This document shows, piece by piece, positions 46,470 to 47,494 of a stretch of 47,494 bases of DNA. The notes below the pieces were generated by a model. The model did not search any database, had not been told where the DNA came from, and worked only from the letters and a program-made list of their open reading frames with translations. Within the stretch, counting starts at the first letter, position 1. The number at the start of each line of letters is the position of its first letter. Source of the stretch: Candidatus Rifleibacteriota bacterium (GTDB lineage: Bacteria; Muiribacteriota; Ozemobacteria; Ozemobacterales; Ozemobacteraceae); the NCBI GenBank assembly GCA_051747585.1, contig JBNJGH010000013.1:1-47494 (forward strand), in the 5' to 3' direction. Made by a program: the position numbers and the translations under genes.

Positions 46470-47494
46470 ATGAAGATTTTAACGCTAAGAAAGACAGCGA
46501 TTTGCAGCCGAATACTGCTGGCAATGCTTCTGTCTACGGTTATTTTTTGCCCGGCATTCGCAGAAAAGCTAACCGATACTTCTCTGGGAAACTATGGTTT
46601 GAACAGTATAGTTATGTTCCCCAAGCATGAAATTTCCGAATTTAAAGTAGAAGAAAAATTTCCTAATGTAATAAGTATGGACTTTTATGACTGGGAGTTT
46701 CCCGGTGGTAAAGCTCTTGTTCCATCGCCTCACTCACTTGTAAAAGTAATGCGAATCAGCCAGGTCAGTAAGAATCCGAATGTTGTAAGAATTGTGCTGG
46801 TTCTAAATGAACCTAGAAAACTTATGCCTAGAAGAATCGGAAAAAATCTTGTTCTCGAAGCCGGGGCCCGCTCTTCTGAATCTGCTTTTGCCGGAAAAGT
46901 TCATAAACTGCTTGATAATAAAAATAATAGTTCTAAAAAATACAAATCTAACTCTGTAACCGTTCTCGATAAAAAAGTCAGCTTGAGCTTTCAACAAGAA
47001 GACTTATTAACGATTCTAAATGCGTTGGCTGCAAAATTTAATCTTAGAATTTTTGCAGACTCCGGTGTTAAGGGAAAATATAGTGTTCAGGCCCAGGATG
47101 TTCCTTTGCGCGATGTTTTAAAAAATCTGCTGTTGCAAAGAAACTTTCAATACACTTTAAAGGGCCGTGATCTAACCGTTATATCTTTAAATGATGATTC
47201 AGGGCGAATGGCGCGGGAATTGCTCTTTAGAGATTTAAGTTTAAAAGATGCCCTTCAGACATTGTCTAAAATGATGAATATTAATCTGGTTATTCATGAA
47301 AATGTTGAAGATAAACAGGTGAATTTTTATGTAGAAAACCTGAATCTTGATGAGTTACTTGATTTGCTTATTCAAACAAACGGACTGGTTAAAAAGCGCC
47401 ATAACGACAATACCTTCATTGTACTCGAAAAAGAAGGCGCATCGGAATTCGGTAAAAAAATGTATAAAACATTTGAGCTGGTCAATGCAAAACC
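46470..47494 (+). CDS. Secretin (PilQ/GspD-like), N-terminal part, runs off the window; absent from the ORF track
   Basis: AAGGAG RBS; translated by hand: signal peptide (..PAFA), AMIN-like VMRISQVSKNPNVVRIVLVL, two STN/N0-like domains (VSLSFQQEDLLTILNALA; FRDLSLKDALQTLSKMMNINLVI), YKTFELVNAK start of an N domain; no stop seen. Confidence 0.82.
   Translation, partial: MKILTLRKTAICSRILLAMLLSTVIFCPAFAEKLTDTSLGNYGLNSIVMFPKHEISEFKVEEKFPNVISMDFYDWEFPGGKALVPSPHSLVKVMRISQVSKNPNVVRIVLVLNEPRKLMPRRIGKNLVLEAGARSSESAFAGKVHKLLDNKNNSSKKYKSNSVTVLDKKVSLSFQQEDLLTILNALAAKFNLRIFADSGVKGKYSVQAQDVPLRDVLKNLLLQRNFQYTLKGRDLTVISLNDDSGRMARELLFRDLSLKDALQTLSKMMNINLVIHENVEDKQVNFYVENLNLDELLDLLIQTNGLVKKRHNDNTFIVLEKEGASEFGKKMYKTFELVNAK

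Overview
A gene-dense bacterial chromosome segment, mostly housekeeping, probably from a diderm (it has a secretin, an OPX-type domain, an exported lytic transglycosylase and RpoN). Its gene mix resembles an uncultured Riflebacteria-like lineage, but that is an unverified impression. Gene content in order: an exported M16 pseudo-peptidase, an alternative sigma70 factor, a yebC-ruvA-ruvB-mutS-DUF2325 cluster, a PflX-like radical SAM plus flavoprotein pair bracketed by two copies of a ~330 bp structured repeat, a tightly coupled dapA-cdaA-cdaR-HEAT-dprA-smg-topA-trmFO operon, a large Ig/PKD lipoprotein, EF-G2, an SLT transglycosylase, an HTH_17 protein, STAS-TPR-glmS-mutS2, rpoN, and a pilus/T2SS-like cluster (Poly_export-domain protein, pilin, PilC/GspF, truncated secretin). 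The most notable signal lies outside the ORF track. Five intergenic sigma28(FliA/SigD/WhiG)-like promoter matches precede the alternative sigma factor, the HTH gene, a candidate ~110 nt sRNA and two pilus/secretin transcription units. The sigma gene also has a hairpin leader with an in-frame uORF. The longer intergenic regions are mosaics of several small palindromic repeat families. No rRNA, tRNA, CRISPR array, transposase or integrase was seen.
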